From: Microcoleus sp.
GTDB lineage: Bacteria; Cyanobacteriota; Cyanobacteriia; Cyanobacteriales; Microcoleaceae
Length of the DNA: 64,000 bases
Assembly: GCA_052279835.1 (NCBI GenBank)
Contig: CP181291.1
Coordinates: forward strand, 4,448,001 to 4,512,000
Reading direction: 5' to 3'
The position numbers and the translations under genes were made by a program. The notes beneath the pieces were generated by a model. It had not been told where the DNA came from. It saw only the letters and a program-made list of their open reading frames with translations, and did not search any database. Positions 19,856-30,208 of this stretch are shown here, piece after piece; the first letter of the stretch is position 1, and each line of letters starts with the position of its first letter.

Positions 19856-21430
19856 TCAGGACACCTTAGGGCCATACACCTTGAGATCGGTCAAGCGAAA
19901 ACCTTTGGCAGAGAGTTCTTTCCACTTGGCCTCAAACCCATCCCAGTCGTCGCCCACCCAGAGCGCCTGGGCATCGCTGCCAGCACGGAAAACTCCGGCG
20001 TAACGACGTGTGTTGCCGTCAACGTAGGTCTCAATATCGATCAGGCGCAGACCTTTGGCGTCGAGTTCCTTCCACTTGGCTTCAAACCCATCCCAGTCGT
20101 CGCCCACCCAGAGCGCCTGGGCATCGCTGCCGGCACGGAAAACTCCGGCGTAACGACGCTTGTTGCCGTCAACGTAGGTCTCAAGATCGATGAGGCGCAG
20201 GCCCTTTCCTGAGAGTTCTTTCCACTTGGCTTCAAACCCATCCCAGTCGTCGCCCACCCAGAGCGCCTGGGCATCGTTGCCAGCGCGGAAAACTCCGGCG
20301 TAACGACGCTTGTTGCCGTCAACGTAGGTCTCAAGATCGATGAGGCGCAGTCCTTTGCCGGAGAACTCCTCGTACTTGGCCTTGAACCCATCCCAATCGT
20401 CGCCCACCCAGAGCGCCTGGGCATCGCTGCCAGCGCGGAACACTCCAACGTAGCGGCGCGTGTTGTCGGCAACGTAGGTCTCAAGATCGATCAGGCGCAG
20501 TCCTTTGCCGGAGAACTCCTCGCACTTGGCCTTGAACCCATCCCAGTCGTCGCCCACCCAGAGCGCGTGGGCGTCGCTGCCAGCGCGGAACACCCCGGCG
20601 TAGCGCGTTCCTTTGCTGGCTTCGATAAGGTGGCTCCGGGTCTTGTGCTCCACCGTCTTGCGCACGACAGCGATTTGCTGCTTGCTGATCGTGACGGGCG
20701 GTTGGCACCTGGAGAAATAGCTCATCAGGTTGTGCCGATCGGGTTGGAAGCTCACACCTTCGATGAAGAAGCTCGATGGTCCGCCGCAAAGATCTTTGTC
20801 AACCTTCTCTTCGTAGTAAGCTGTGCAGGGGTCGGGGGGCGTATCCGACAGCAGATCGCCGTTGAGACCGATCGCGCCTTCCTCCTTTACGAGCTTGATA
20901 ACATCTTCAATCTTGGTCGTGCCCCAACCGGGGTGGGTGTGAAACAAACCGAGATAGTGCCCGGTCTCGTGCGCGAGAATCACGCCAGCGCGGGAGCCGA
21001 AACGGTCCGCCTGATTCGTAATGGCAACAAAATCAATGTTGTCGTGTGGCAGTTTCGCCCGAGCCGGGATTGCTTGGCCAGTGTTCGGTGGATACGCGAA
21101 CCAGTTGTCCGCCGGCTTGTTTTTGTCTGCACCCCAACGCAGGAACACGACAAGCTTGCCACGATGCTCGGCGGCAACTTTATTAGCCGATTCCCAAAAC
21201 TTAGTAGAAGGGGCGTTGTTCAGGCTGTTGAGCGTCGTGTCGCAGCGAGGCTTCCAATCTTTGGCAGGGTCAAAGGCGAAGCGCAGATCCGTCGGCTTGA
21301 AGTGGTCGCTAGCCTCCTTTACCTTTTCCGCGAACTGTTCTGGGGTGATTGTGTTCCCACGACCACCATCGTCGTCCGACAGAGGGATAGCGTGAATGTG
21401 GATTGTGTAGATTTGGGGCATTTTGGACAT
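19856..21430 (-). CDS. M43/pappalysin-like zinc metallopeptidase with five C-terminal 50-aa tandem repeats (bacterial tandem repeat domain-like)
   Basis: HETGHYLGLFHTH, DLLSDTPPD and NLMSY Met-turn; RYAGVFRAG..GLRLIDLETY five times at a 150-bp period. Confidence 0.85.
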   Translation of the reverse strand: MSKMPQIYTIHIHAIPLSDDDGGRGNTITPEQFAEKVKEASDHFKPTDLRFAFDPAKDWKPRCDTTLNSLNNAPSTKFWESANKVAAEHRGKLVVFLRWGADKNKPADNWFAYPPNTGQAIPARAKLPHDNIDFVAITNQADRFGSRAGVILAHETGHYLGLFHTHPGWGTTKIEDVIKLVKEEGAIGLNGDLLSDTPPDPCTAYYEEKVDKDLCGGPSSFFIEGVSFQPDRHNLMSYFSRCQPPVTISKQQIAVVRKTVEHKTRSHLIEASKGTRYAGVFRAGSDAHALWVGDDWDGFKAKCEEFSGKGLRLIDLETYVADNTRRYVGVFRAGSDAQALWVGDDWDGFKAKYEEFSGKGLRLIDLETYVDGNKRRYAGVFRAGNDAQALWVGDDWDGFEAKWKELSGKGLRLIDLETYVDGNKRRYAGVFRAGSDAQALWVGDDWDGFEAKWKELDAKGLRLIDIETYVDGNTRRYAGVFRAGSDAQALWVGDDWDGFEAKWKELSAKGFRLTDLKVYGPKVS

Positions 21431-21500
21431 CCTTACCTAAAAAGGCTAATGAAAAATTGCTTTGAATATCGAGCACCCGCATCAGACTTCTCATCTCTAC

Positions 21501-21579
21501 TAAATTCATCAAAACTTGCCGTTGACCGAGATCGAGACTGGGAATGTACTGACTTATTACCGACTTTCGAGTAACTTGC
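21501..21579. promoter_or_regulatory. 79-bp upstream element, copy 2, in the divergent promoter region
   Basis: Direct repeat of 19739-19817; (G/A)ACTT units at 21551, 21562 and 21573. Confidence 0.8.
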
Positions 21580-21611
21580 TAAAATCTGCATAACTTTCCG
21601 GGGTATAGGGT

Positions 21612-24600
21612 ATGTCACGATCGCTCAAAGTTCGCAGCGACTGCATTCAGCAAGCTAAATTAGCCCTCAAGCGCCATGGCTTTCCCAGTCAAAGAGCCTT
21701 TGCTGAAGAATTAGGACTCGCTTTATCAACTCTCAGCAGGTTCCTTACAGGAAAAACCGTTGATTATGCGACTTTTCTGGAGATTTGTGGAAAATTGGGG
21801 CTGGAGTGGCGAGAGATTTCTGATTTGGGCGAAAATCGGGTTCCATCCCAGTCTGTAGACGTGAAATCCTCCCTCTTGATGGCCAACAGACACCAAGATT
21901 GGGGCGGGGCACCTGATGTCTCGGTTTTCTTTGGTCGTAGTGACGAACTGACCACTCTAGAACAATGGATTGTACAAGATAATTGCCGTTTAGTAGTGTT
22001 GCTGGGGATGGGTGGAATTGGTAAAACAGCTTTGGCTGCCAAGCTTGCCCAACAACTGCAATCAGGATTTGAGTATGTCATTTGGCGAAGTCTTCGCAAT
22101 GCACCCCCTGTAGAAGAGATATTGGCAGAACTAATCCAATTTCTCTCTAACCAACAAGAAACAAACCTGCCTATTAACCTAGACGGCAGAATTTTGCGCT
22201 TGATAAATTATTTACGCTCCTCGCGCTGTCTGCTAGTTTTGGATAATGCGGAATCGGTTTTACAAGCAGGCGATGAAGTGCGGCATAGCTTTGCTAACTC
22301 CTACGGAGTCGCTTCGCTAACACGCACGGGACGCTTTCGAGAAGGATATGAAGGTTACGGTGAGTTACTCAAATGTGTTGGGGAAACAAATCACCACAGC
22401 AGCTTGATATTAACCAGTCGCGAGAAACCACAAGGATTAGCCGCTTTAGAGGGCGAAACACTACCGGTTCGCTGCTTGCAAGTGACAGGTTTACCCGCAG
22501 CCCAAGGACGAGAAATTTTCTCTGCCAAGGGGTCTTTTACTGGGTCAGAAGTTGAATGGACGAGCGTGATTTCACGCTATAGTGGGAATCCCTTAGCTTT
22601 AAAAATAGTAGCTTCAGGGGTAACAGATTTTTTTGATAGCAGTATTTCTCGCTTTTTAGAATTTTTAAAGCAAGGTTCGTTTATTTTTGATGATATCCGC
22701 GATTTGTTAGAGCGGCAGTTTCAGCGACTGAGTGATATAGAACAAGAGATTATGTACTGGTTAGCCATCAATCGCGAACCAGTGTTGTTAGAAGAATTGC
22801 TTGAGGATTTTGTCTGCCCGATATCAAGTAGCGAACTTCTACAGGCACTAGGCTCATTGCAACGCCGATCGTTGATTGAAAAAAACAACGCTCGATTTAC
22901 CCAACAACCTGTAGTCATGAAGTACGCGACTATTCGATTAATCGATCGGATTTGTGAAGAAATTATTGGGTTCAATCTTGAATATTTAAAGGTTGAAAAT
23001 TGTAATAAATTTGCAAATTTTCAACCCGCTCGCCTTCAACTATTTAGAAGTCACGCTCTGGTCAAATCTCAAGCCAAAGAGTATGTTTTTGAAACTCAAA
23101 TTCGCCTCATTCTTCAACCAGCGATCGATCGATTAATTGCGAGTATTAGCGACTCAAAAACTCTCGAAAATTGTCTAGCTAAAATTCTTGAGATGCTACG
23201 AGCGAAACCGCCCCTAAAGATTGGATATGCAAGTGGAAATATTATCAATCTACTTCGCCAATTACAGATAGATCTAAGCGGTTATGACTTTTCAAATCTA
23301 ACGGTTTGGCAAGCCAACCTCCAGGGGATAAACTTGCACAATGTCAATTTCGCCAATTCTGACCTGTGTCAATCGGTTTTTTCTGACATATTGAGTCCTG
23401 TTACGTCAGTAGCACTGACACCAGATGGCAAATGTGTGGCGACGGCTGATATAGATAATAATATTCACCTGTGGGACGTGCAAAAAGGAAAACAACTTTT
23501 GACCTTTCAAGGACACACCCACTGGGTAAAATCAGTTGCTTGGAGTCCAGATAGTCAAACCCTAGCGAGTAGTAGTTATGACCACACGGTGAAGCTTTGG
23601 GATGTTCGTACTGGCATCTGTCTAAAAACTTATACCGGACATAGTAATATAGTCCACTCAGTCGCCTTCAGTCCGGATGGTCAAATCTTAGCGAGTGGTA
23701 GTGCTGATAACACAGTAAAGTTGTGGAATGTCACGACTGATAGTTGCGTTAGAACGTTCACCGGACATACAAATGAAATCTATTCAGTCGCCTTTAGTCG
23801 GGATGGTCAAATTTTAGCGAGTGCTAGTGCTGACAGCACGGTAAAGTTTTGGGATGTACGCAAGGGCAAGTGCTTTAAGACGTTATACGGACATAGGAAT
23901 TCGGTCTATGCAGTTGCCTTCAGTCCGGATGGTCAAACCCTAGCGAGTGGTAGTGCTGACTGCACAGTCAGGCTTTGGGATATCCGTGATGGTAAGTGCG
24001 TTAAAATTTGCACGGGACATAGCAGTGTAGTTGCATCAGTCGCCTTTAGTCCCAACGGTCAAACCGTAGTGAGTGGTAGTTTTGACAAAACGGTAAAGTT
24101 GTGGGATGTTAGCACGGGTAGCTGTGCAAGAACCTTCATCGGACATAGCGATCGGGTAGAGTCTGTTACCTATGTACGCGCAGGCTACGCCAACACTCAA
24201 GATGGTCAAATAGTAGTGAGTGGTGGTTTTGACCGTACAATTCGGTTTTGGGATTGTCAAACAGGCAAATGTTTCAAAACTCACACCGGATATAACAGTT
24301 GTGTATTAGCAGTTCCTTTTAGTCCCTGCGGTAAGCTCTTAGCTAGTGGCAACATTGACGCTACACTGAGGCTGTGGGATGTCAATACTGGCAGTTGCGT
24401 GAGAACGTTCGCGGGACATACTAAATCAGTCATAGGAGTCGCATTTAGTCCTGATGGTAAAACAATTGCTAGTGGGGGTGCTGACAAAACGCTGAAGTTA
24501 TGGAATGTCAATACGGGCAAGTGCATAAAAACATTCGCGGGACATACTGATTGGGTATATGGAGTTGCCTTTAGTCCAGATGGCAAAACTTTAGCCAGTA

Positions 24601-25286
24601 GCGGTTGGGATCAGAGCATCAGGTTCTGGGATTGTCAAACGGGTCAATGTTTCCGAACTTGTACCGAACCTAGCAATTCCATATTTTTCCTCCCCATGTT
24701 TTTCGTCACTTTCAGTCCCAGCAGTAAAACCCTAGCCAGTAGCAGTTTTGACTGTGTAAAACTATGGGATGTCAGCACTGGCAGTTGCTTAAAAACCTTC
24801 ACCGGACATACAAATGAAGTATGTTGGGTTGCCTTTAGTCCGGATGGTCAAATCGTAGCTAGTGCTAGTGCCGATCGAACGTTGAAGTTGTGGGATGTCA
24901 ATACGGGTAACTGCATCAAAACATTGACTGGGCATACCAATTGGATATGGTCAGTTGCCTTTAGCCCAGACGGAAAAACCTTGCTTAGTGGTAGTTGCGA
25001 TGGAACGGTGAGGCTGTGGGATGTCAGCACTGGAAGATGTATCAGAACTCTCACCGGACATACCCGTGAAATCTACGCAGTCAGTTTTAGTCCTGATGGT
25101 CAAACTGTAGCAAGTGGCTGTGCTGATGAAACGGGAAGGCTGTGGGATGTCAATACGGGTGAGTGCCTAAAAATACTGAAACCACCCCGACTCTACGAAG
25201 GCATGAACATCACTGGGGTAACAGGTTTAACCCAAGCACAGAAAGCGACGCTGATAGCTCTGGGGGCGATCGCTCGCGGGGAATGA
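21612..25286 (+). CDS. STAND NTPase: XRE-like HTH, NB-ARC, pentapeptide linker, WD40 repeats
   Basis: [22 protein letters not shown], Walker A GMGGIGKT, Walker B LLVLDN, GNPLAL, and about 14 GH..(V)AFSPDG..WD repeats. Confidence 0.95.
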   Translation: MSRSLKVRSDCIQQAKLALKRHGFPSQRAFAEELGLALSTLSRFLTGKTVDYATFLEICGKLGLEWREISDLGENRVPSQSVDVKSSLLMANRHQDWGGAPDVSVFFGRSDELTTLEQWIVQDNCRLVVLLGMGGIGKTALAAKLAQQLQSGFEYVIWRSLRNAPPVEEILAELIQFLSNQQETNLPINLDGRILRLINYLRSSRCLLVLDNAESVLQAGDEVRHSFANSYGVASLTRTGRFREGYEGYGELLKCVGETNHHSSLILTSREKPQGLAALEGETLPVRCLQVTGLPAAQGREIFSAKGSFTGSEVEWTSVISRYSGNPLALKIVASGVTDFFDSSISRFLEFLKQGSFIFDDIRDLLERQFQRLSDIEQEIMYWLAINREPVLLEELLEDFVCPISSSELLQALGSLQRRSLIEKNNARFTQQPVVMKYATIRLIDRICEEIIGFNLEYLKVENCNKFANFQPARLQLFRSHALVKSQAKEYVFETQIRLILQPAIDRLIASISDSKTLENCLAKILEMLRAKPPLKIGYASGNIINLLRQLQIDLSGYDFSNLTVWQANLQGINLHNVNFANSDLCQSVFSDILSPVTSVALTPDGKCVATADIDNNIHLWDVQKGKQLLTFQGHTHWVKSVAWSPDSQTLASSSYDHTVKLWDVRTGICLKTYTGHSNIVHSVAFSPDGQILASGSADNTVKLWNVTTDSCVRTFTGHTNEIYSVAFSRDGQILASASADSTVKFWDVRKGKCFKTLYGHRNSVYAVAFSPDGQTLASGSADCTVRLWDIRDGKCVKICTGHSSVVASVAFSPNGQTVVSGSFDKTVKLWDVSTGSCARTFIGHSDRVESVTYVRAGYANTQDGQIVVSGGFDRTIRFWDCQTGKCFKTHTGYNSCVLAVPFSPCGKLLASGNIDATLRLWDVNTGSCVRTFAGHTKSVIGVAFSPDGKTIASGGADKTLKLWNVNTGKCIKTFAGHTDWVYGVAFSPDGKTLASSGWDQSIRFWDCQTGQCFRTCTEPSNSIFFLPMFFVTFSPSSKTLASSSFDCVKLWDVSTGSCLKTFTGHTNEVCWVAFSPDGQIVASASADRTLKLWDVNTGNCIKTLTGHTNWIWSVAFSPDGKTLLSGSCDGTVRLWDVSTGRCIRTLTGHTREIYAVSFSPDGQTVASGCADETGRLWDVNTGECLKILKPPRLYEGMNITGVTGLTQAQKATLIALGAIARGE

Positions 25287-25577
25287 ATGGGGTCGATCGA
25301 TCTCAAATTTGGGGCGATTTGTGGCTGTTGCTGGCGGCTCAATGTTTGCCAGTGCCTGTTTTACTGTGCTATTTGCTGTTTTGTTCCCAAACGCCTTTGA
25401 CTGTATTTCCCCAGGGTTGGCTGTTGGGATTGAATCTGTTTTTAGTGCTAGTGCGATCGGCTTTGTGAGGAGCGATCGCACAAACGCATCGGGTAAATGG
25501 CTGTTTTGGCTTTCTCCTTTGGCCGATCCGCTAGCATTTTTGCGGATTCTGATTTCTGCGTTGAATCAGCATACTCA
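25262..25577 (+). pseudogene. Decayed duplicate of the cruG 3' end (copy 2)
   Basis: QIWGDLWLL..GLNLFL..VRSAL..ASGKWLFWLSPLADPLAFLRILISALNQ matches 17633-17990. Confidence 0.9.
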
Positions 25578-26522
25578 ATATGAACTCTTAGGAATGTACT
25601 TAACAGCATTCTTCTCCGAAAGCGGTTCGATCTGCTTTTGATTGACCAAAGCTTGATGAATTAGCGCTGCAGCACTCCCCCGACTGAGTAACTCGTTCGG
25701 ATTTAGAACTCTCGGGTCTGGATAATTGACCACTATCTTTGCCTGTGTCGCTGCTGCTACTGCATCAACCGCATTTTTAGGAATCCGATCGGCATCTTTA
25801 TAGTATGATTTAAGAAACTTTAATGCCGAAATCTTGGAATTAGCAACGGGACTTTTTGTAGTCGTTGGCGGAACAGTTTTAGCAGGTTTAGGTTGCTGCT
25901 GCTGTTTTGTTGATATTACAGGCAATAGCGGCTGCATTAAAACCGTTGATGCCAAGGGAAATACCAAACGATTCCTAGTAGCTTTTCGACGTTGATTTGC
26001 AGGTACTACCCGTGTGGTGGCTTGACTCGCTGCTACAGGGCGATCGTAATTCAAATCTAAACCCTTCATTAAGGCAACTAATGCTTGTACCTTAGTCATT
26101 GGCTGCTTTGGACGAAACTCGTTTCCCGGAAACTCTTTCATAAATCCCGTTTCATAAGCTTCTTCAATCGGAGGTACTGCCCAATTGCCTTGTGGCACAT
26201 CTTTAAAGGAACTTCCACTGGGTAGATTTCTAATTCTTGCTTTGTCAAAAGCTTGGCGAATCATCGCTGCAAACTCATCGCGATCGACCTTTTGTTTAGG
26301 TTTAAACATTCCGTTGGGATATCCCGTAACAATCTCTTTTTTAGCTAAGGATTGAATAAACGGACGCGCCCAGTAATTTTGCGGTACATCAGGAAATGTC
26401 GATTTGGCTTGTTGTTGAGCAACAACTTGCTGGGAATTTAGCACAAAAGCACCGCCGCTCACACTAACGATGAAAGCTAAAAAAGAACCCTTGACTAGCG
26501 GTAAATGCCAGCTATTACACAT
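25575..26522 (-). CDS. S-layer homology (SLH) domain protein
   Basis: FPDVPQNYWA..GYPNGMFKP and FKDVPQGNWA SLH repeats; signal peptide. Confidence 0.9.
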   Translation of the reverse strand: MCNSWHLPLVKGSFLAFIVSVSGGAFVLNSQQVVAQQQAKSTFPDVPQNYWARPFIQSLAKKEIVTGYPNGMFKPKQKVDRDEFAAMIRQAFDKARIRNLPSGSSFKDVPQGNWAVPPIEEAYETGFMKEFPGNEFRPKQPMTKVQALVALMKGLDLNYDRPVAASQATTRVVPANQRRKATRNRLVFPLASTVLMQPLLPVISTKQQQQPKPAKTVPPTTTKSPVANSKISALKFLKSYYKDADRIPKNAVDAVAAATQAKIVVNYPDPRVLNPNELLSRGSAAALIHQALVNQKQIEPLSEKNAVKYIPKSSY

Positions 26523-26629
26523 GATAAAACATCCTCTTGTTGTTTGACAATTGCAGTAATTTGTGGGGCGGGTAATTTATGTTTAGCAATAATAAATAAC
26601 TCCCAACCCCTGTTCAATTTATCCGCACT

Positions 26630-27541
26630 CTAACGCTCTTCTACCGACAAATCTAACTTTTCGCGCCGCAGCGTTTCTGTTGACTCAACAGTTTCCTTGT
26701 CCACTTCTTTTCTGATGTTAACTTCCTCGCGCAGGAAAGCTTGTTTTTTGATATCGGCAGTTTCTTCGTGCAGTTCCATATGCACCGTTTCTTGTTGTCC
26801 GAAGGCAGCCTCTGGACTGACGGGAGTCCCTGCATTTTCTGGAGTTACGTGTTCAATTACAGCACGCTCTTTTGCTACAGTAACTGAAACTTTTGCAGTT
26901 TCAGTTTCTACGCGCTTGCTAATTATTACTTCGCCAGTTTTGTGGCGGGTTTTGTCGGCAATTAATCGTTCTTCGTACAGTCTGATTTTTATATTTTCCT
27001 GCTCGTTCATCTGGTACAGTTCAGGTTCTTGCTCATAACTATAAGTGTTGCGGTCATAACCAGCAGTCGTAGCTTGGTTAGATACAGGAGGTGACACAGA
27101 AACGCGACTGGAGAGGGTGACAATTGGTGCTGTTTCTAAAGGCAATGACGCTTCTACAGGTGCAGATGCTCCGGCGGTTGGAGTGCGATAAACTTTCCGC
27201 ACTTGTTCTTCGTAATCGTAATCAACGACCATTCCGTTTTCGTATCTGGCTAGGTTTTCGACTTGCTGTTTGTTCTGCAAACCTCTGGCGTAAACGCGCT
27301 GGGTATTGAAGTCTACCCGACAAAGAGCGATGGGAACTAATACTTTTTTGCCAAAAATCCAAACGCCTGTTTCAACTGCAAAATATCGAAAACGCCCTGT
27401 TTCATCAACTAGCACGGTATCGATCGTGCCAATTTTTTCATCGGTATTTCCTGCACAGACATCGAACCCTTTTATATCTTCACCATGAAATGCTACTTCG
27501 CGGTAGCTAGGATTAAAATCTTCTATTTTGTAAAGTAACAT
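26630..27541 (-). CDS. PRC-barrel + DUF2382 (YsnF/AvaK-like) protein
   Basis: KIGTIDTVLVDETGRFRY..GKKVLVP; LYEERLIADK and REEVNIRKE. Confidence 0.88.
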   Translation of the reverse strand: MLLYKIEDFNPSYREVAFHGEDIKGFDVCAGNTDEKIGTIDTVLVDETGRFRYFAVETGVWIFGKKVLVPIALCRVDFNTQRVYARGLQNKQQVENLARYENGMVVDYDYEEQVRKVYRTPTAGASAPVEASLPLETAPIVTLSSRVSVSPPVSNQATTAGYDRNTYSYEQEPELYQMNEQENIKIRLYEERLIADKTRHKTGEVIISKRVETETAKVSVTVAKERAVIEHVTPENAGTPVSPEAAFGQQETVHMELHEETADIKKQAFLREEVNIRKEVDKETVESTETLRREKLDLSVEER

Positions 27542-27721
27542 TTCAATTATTCTCACTATGTTACGTTGAATTTTAGCTAAAAATCGCTTTCACTACATCC
27601 TGCTTATGAAAGATTGTTTACTAATAAAATAATAAATAATGTTATAACTAAGGGTAGATATGTTAATTATAATTTTAAAATACAATGGGGTATCAACGAT
27701 CGCGATCGGAATTAATTTTTT

Positions 27722-28336
27722 ATGACCTACGATTCAGAACCACTCAGGAGTGAAGTTGCTCAGCCTACAATTGTCAATCCGGCGGTGAATTATCACGATC
27801 GAGTCCGGTGGGGGCCTGTTTTGGCAGGAATTGCGATCGCCCTGACAGGTCAACTTTTGTTAAGCGCTTTGGGAGTTGCGATCGGGTTGAGCGCAGGTGC
27901 AACGGGTGCTAATGCAGGTTCTGTTAGTCTGGCGGTGGGAATTTGGTCGATTGTTAGTTTGCTAATTTCCTTATTTTTGGGCGGTTGGGTAATGGCTCAA
28001 AGCTGCGGCCCCATGACTAAGAAAACAGCTATTTTGAATGCAGCAATTCTTTGGGGAACTACATTAGCACTTAGTTCTTGGCTGTTAGCAAGCGGGATAT
28101 CTGGTGCTGTTGATGCTGTGGCGGCTAATGCTGGAGAAATTGCCGATCGAGTACAACAACAGGGAGGCGTTAATATACCGAATCAAGTGCAGAATGTAGA
28201 CCCAAATCAAGTTCGCGACATTGCTGGCAATACAGCTAAAGCTACTTGGTCATTTCTACTCGGCTATGCGCTGAGTTTGGCAGCGGCAATGATTGGTGCT
28301 GCTGTTGGCGCTCGCAAACCCCGCATTTATGCTTGA
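27722..28336 (+). CDS. Conserved membrane protein
   Basis: RVRWGPVLAG followed by several hydrophobic helices. Confidence 0.8.
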   Translation: MTYDSEPLRSEVAQPTIVNPAVNYHDRVRWGPVLAGIAIALTGQLLLSALGVAIGLSAGATGANAGSVSLAVGIWSIVSLLISLFLGGWVMAQSCGPMTKKTAILNAAILWGTTLALSSWLLASGISGAVDAVAANAGEIADRVQQQGGVNIPNQVQNVDPNQVRDIAGNTAKATWSFLLGYALSLAAAMIGAAVGARKPRIYA

Positions 28337-28476
28337 TTGGCGGTGATACTGCAAATCCGACCGCCGCAGCCAATCTGATTATTTTATGCCATTGGGATGA
28401 TGCTTCATTCTTGAAGAAGACGATAAAGCTAAAATTTTTAGATAAGGTGTTGACACGATTAAAAGGAGACAAAGTA

Positions 28477-29046
28477 ATGAAAAAACATGAAATGTGGCAA
28501 AAATATACATCTTTAACAAGTTCGTTATTGGTGACGGCAACAGCTTTAGTTGCTCCCTCTTTCGCAGCCAACAAAAGTCCAACTCCATACAAAGTTGAAG
28601 TGCAAAATCAAGGTGAATCTCTACTAGCACAAATACCCGATAGCTGTCGCCAGGTTGTTGCCGGTAACGGTCTTAATGTGCGGCAAGAACCGACGACGGA
28701 CAGCAAAGCGATCGGCATTATCGGCTCCGGCAGAAATGTGACGATTCAAAGTCTGGGCGAGAATGGCTGGGTACCAATTACAGCACCGCTAAAAGGCTAC
28801 GTATACGGTGGTTTTCTCGGAGAGTGTAAAGCGGCAAATTCTCCGCCTCCTACTGACTGCCGCCTAGTTGCAGCCCTCAGAGGAATTAACGTATATCAAA
28901 CACCTTCGACTGATGGAGAAACGACTGGTTTCGTTGCGAATGGACGCAGAGTGACGATTGAAAGTTTAGGAACCGATGGTTGGGTGCCAATTACAGTACC
29001 TCTGAGGGGCTACGTCCAATCGGAAAACCTGGCATATTGTCGTTGA
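28477..29046 (+). CDS. Secreted protein with two bacterial SH3-like domains
   Basis: AAGGAG RBS, signal peptide, and a duplicated LNVRQEP...GWVPIT.PL.GYV unit. Confidence 0.82.
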   Translation: MKKHEMWQKYTSLTSSLLVTATALVAPSFAANKSPTPYKVEVQNQGESLLAQIPDSCRQVVAGNGLNVRQEPTTDSKAIGIIGSGRNVTIQSLGENGWVPITAPLKGYVYGGFLGECKAANSPPPTDCRLVAALRGINVYQTPSTDGETTGFVANGRRVTIESLGTDGWVPITVPLRGYVQSENLAYCR

Positions 29047-29072
29047 TTTAAAAAATAGCAATTGAAAAAACA

Positions 29073-30200
29073 GTGATGAATCGCCAATCAAACCCAGAAA
29101 AAGAAACTGATTCAAAGCAAAAGTCTAGTTTGTTAAATGTGGTTGCCGACACAGCAGAATCTGCACTGAAAGCAGGCAAAGCGGTTGTTGACAGGGCAGT
29201 TGATTTGGGCGAAGCTGGTGCTAAACAAACTTATCGATTAATTGGACACGCAACGCAGGGAACCGGACAAGCTGTGACTTTTGTTGGCAATCTTCCTTTT
29301 GTCAGACAAGTTGCAGGCGTGTTCAGGGTTGATTGGTTGGTTGGAGTCAGTTCGCGAGTCGATTTGGCCAAAGCCGAAGCGGAAGCCAAGCAACTCCAAC
29401 AACAGTATCCCAATGAATATCCCAGCGAAATTGCCCATCGCATCATGGTGCAAAAAGCGCTCCAAGCAGGTGGTGTCGGACTTGCTAGCAGCTTTTTACC
29501 GGGTGTTGCGGCTGCACTGCTGGCGATCGATTTAGTCGCGACTACTGCGATTCAAACTGAAATGGTTTATGAAATTGCCGCCGCTTATGGGATGGATTTA
29601 CAAGATCCAGGGCGAAAAGGCGAGGTTTTGGCAATTTTTGGGTTGGCGCTGGGCGGTAGCAATGCTATGAAAGCAGGTTTGGGCTTTTTACGCAATCTAC
29701 CCCTGGCTGGTGCGATGATTGGTGCGAGTACGAATGCTACGATGCTGTACGCCCTGGGATATGCGGCGCGCGAGTTTTATGAAGCTAAATTGAGAGAAGA
29801 TAGTGAAGAACCTGCAACCAAAACGCTGCAAGCGATTCAGCAACAAAGTGAAAAATATCTCGATGTGGCGATCGCCCAACAAGCAGTTATGGATCAAATT
29901 ATTGTGCACATGATTCTAGCAAGTTATCCCAACAAAAACTGGGAAGATATTTTGCCAGAATTGAAGGTGTTGCAATTAAATGCCCATTCTCTGAATACGA
30001 TTGCTACTAATATTAAATCGCCCCAACCATTAGATGCTTTGTTAGAGCAGATCAACCCCGACTTTGCCGTACCGCTATTAGCTCAATGCCGCCGCATTGC
30101 TGAAAGTAGCGGGGAAGTCTCGGAACCAGAACAGAGAGTGCTCGGTGCGATCGCCGATCGCCAAAGCAGCTCGCCAAAAATCGACGCTCTCGATCGTTGA
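29073..30200 (+). CDS. EcsC-like / DUF697-type protein
   Basis: QTEMVYEIAAAYG, LRNLPLAGAMIGA. Confidence 0.65.
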   Translation: MMNRQSNPEKETDSKQKSSLLNVVADTAESALKAGKAVVDRAVDLGEAGAKQTYRLIGHATQGTGQAVTFVGNLPFVRQVAGVFRVDWLVGVSSRVDLAKAEAEAKQLQQQYPNEYPSEIAHRIMVQKALQAGGVGLASSFLPGVAAALLAIDLVATTAIQTEMVYEIAAAYGMDLQDPGRKGEVLAIFGLALGGSNAMKAGLGFLRNLPLAGAMIGASTNATMLYALGYAAREFYEAKLREDSEEPATKTLQAIQQQSEKYLDVAIAQQAVMDQIIVHMILASYPNKNWEDILPELKVLQLNAHSLNTIATNIKSPQPLDALLEQINPDFAVPLLAQCRRIAESSGEVSEPEQRVLGAIADRQSSSPKIDALDR

Positions 30201-30208
30201 CTTAACCT

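Noticed and set aside
19870..20610. 150-bp tandem repeats as a CRISPR or non-coding array
   Set aside because: They are in-frame 50-aa protein repeats of the peptidase.
20567..21574. 335-aa plus-strand ORF
   Set aside because: It is the antisense shadow of the GC-rich peptidase gene and has no recognisable motifs.
23390..25160. WD40 repeats or cruG copies as diversity-generating retroelement TR/VR pairs
   Set aside because: No reverse transcriptase is in the window and the differences between copies are not adenine-specific.
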